A DNA stretch of 64,000 nucleotides from Malacoraja senta (Eukaryota), in assembly GCA_038087875.1 (NCBI GenBank), contig CM075994.1, forward strand, positions 1,676,001 to 1,740,000, in the 5' to 3' direction. The position numbers were made by a program, and so were the translations under genes. The notes beneath the pieces are model-generated. The model ran no database searches. It was not told the DNA's origin and saw only the letters and a list, made by a program, of their open reading frames with translations. Below, in pieces: positions 1 through 64,000 of the stretch (its first letter is position 1; each line of letters begins with the position of its first letter).

Positions 1-741
1 GATAAGTTGTTGGAGCAGAACTTGTCCTCCACAGCCTTTCTAGGTAGAAAGAAAATTCTCTCTTTCTGGAAGAAGTCGTAGCCACAGGCTCAACCAGATG
101 CCATTCATAGTATAATTTAGCAATGGCTGGTTCTCCTCTTTGAGAATTGGCAGCCACAAGCTCAAATCTGATGTCATCCACTGGGTAACTGGACAGGGAA
201 TAAGCCCCCTCAGAAACCAAAGCGGTCATCTAATGTGTGGAGCTGCAGGAGATGGGCAAGGTCCTCAACGAGTAATTCTCCTGTGTTTTTACCGCGGAGA
301 AAAACACGAAGACTGGGGAACTTGGGGCGGTTTGATGGAAATATAGAATCATACAGCATGGAAACAGGCCCTTCGTCCCAACTTGCCCACGTTGACTAAC
401 ATCGCCCTTCTACACAAGTCCCATCTGCCTGTGTTTGGCCAATATCCCTCTAAATCTATCCTATCCATGCACCTGTTTAAATGTTTCTTAAACGTTACGA
501 TAGTCCCTGCCTCAACTATCTCCTCCGGCAGCTCGTTCCATAAACCCACCACCCTTTATGTAAAAAACTTACCCCCAGGTTCCTATTAGATTTATCGCCC
601 CTCACCTTAAACCTGGGTCCTCTGGATCTCGATTCCCTTATGCTGGGCAAGAGACTCTGTGCATTTACCCGATCTATTCCTCTCATGTTTTGTACACTTT
701 GCTCGTCACAATTCTTTAGCCAAGTCCGAATACCTACTTAC

Positions 742-63750
<63,009 letters not shown>

Positions 63751-64000
63751 CTATAGACAGAAAACAGTTATTGTAGGAATCACTGTTTTTTACTCAAACT
63801 GCAATTTAGTATACAACACACGAGAGGCATAGACAGGGTAGACAGTCATAACCTTTTTTCCCAGTCTGAAGAAGGGTTCCAACCCGAAGTGTCACCTATT
63901 CTTTTCTCCAGAGATGCTGCCAGACACGGTGTTACTCCAGCACCTTGTGTCCTTTCAGTCTTTCGGCTTGTGACATATGCCAGAACATAGAATAGTACAG

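Overview
Eukaryotic (vertebrate) DNA, most likely a cartilaginous fish such as a skate or ray. That is inferred from the repeat content: HE1/V-SINE-like tRNA SINEs, CR1, Penelope-derived short repeats, Rex1 and Tc1. The whole window lies inside one minus-strand gene, sorting nexin-14 (SNX14). I traced 23 consecutive GT-AG exons with consistent phases from 63750 down to 742. They cover the transmembrane, PXA, RGS and PX regions and the start of the C-terminal region, and include a 27-nt microexon; the first exon and the last exons lie outside the window. Exon numbers (2-24) follow my recollection of the human gene. Most ORF-track entries are transposon fragments or noise. The introns hold CR1, L1, Rex1, Penelope, DIRS, Tc1, hAT-like and Harbinger-like elements and a young, internally deleted ERV. 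The most unusual observations are: (i) an inverted ~1.3-kb copy of SNX14 exon 19, intron 19 and the start of exon 20 inside intron 8, with all three splice dinucleotides mutated; (ii) several other inverted pairs within the same pre-mRNA; (iii) many minimal hammerhead-ribozyme-like cores carried by a Penelope-derived repeat; (iv) repair-type junctions at the DIRS and Rex1 insertions. All alignments were done by eye and no searches were run.
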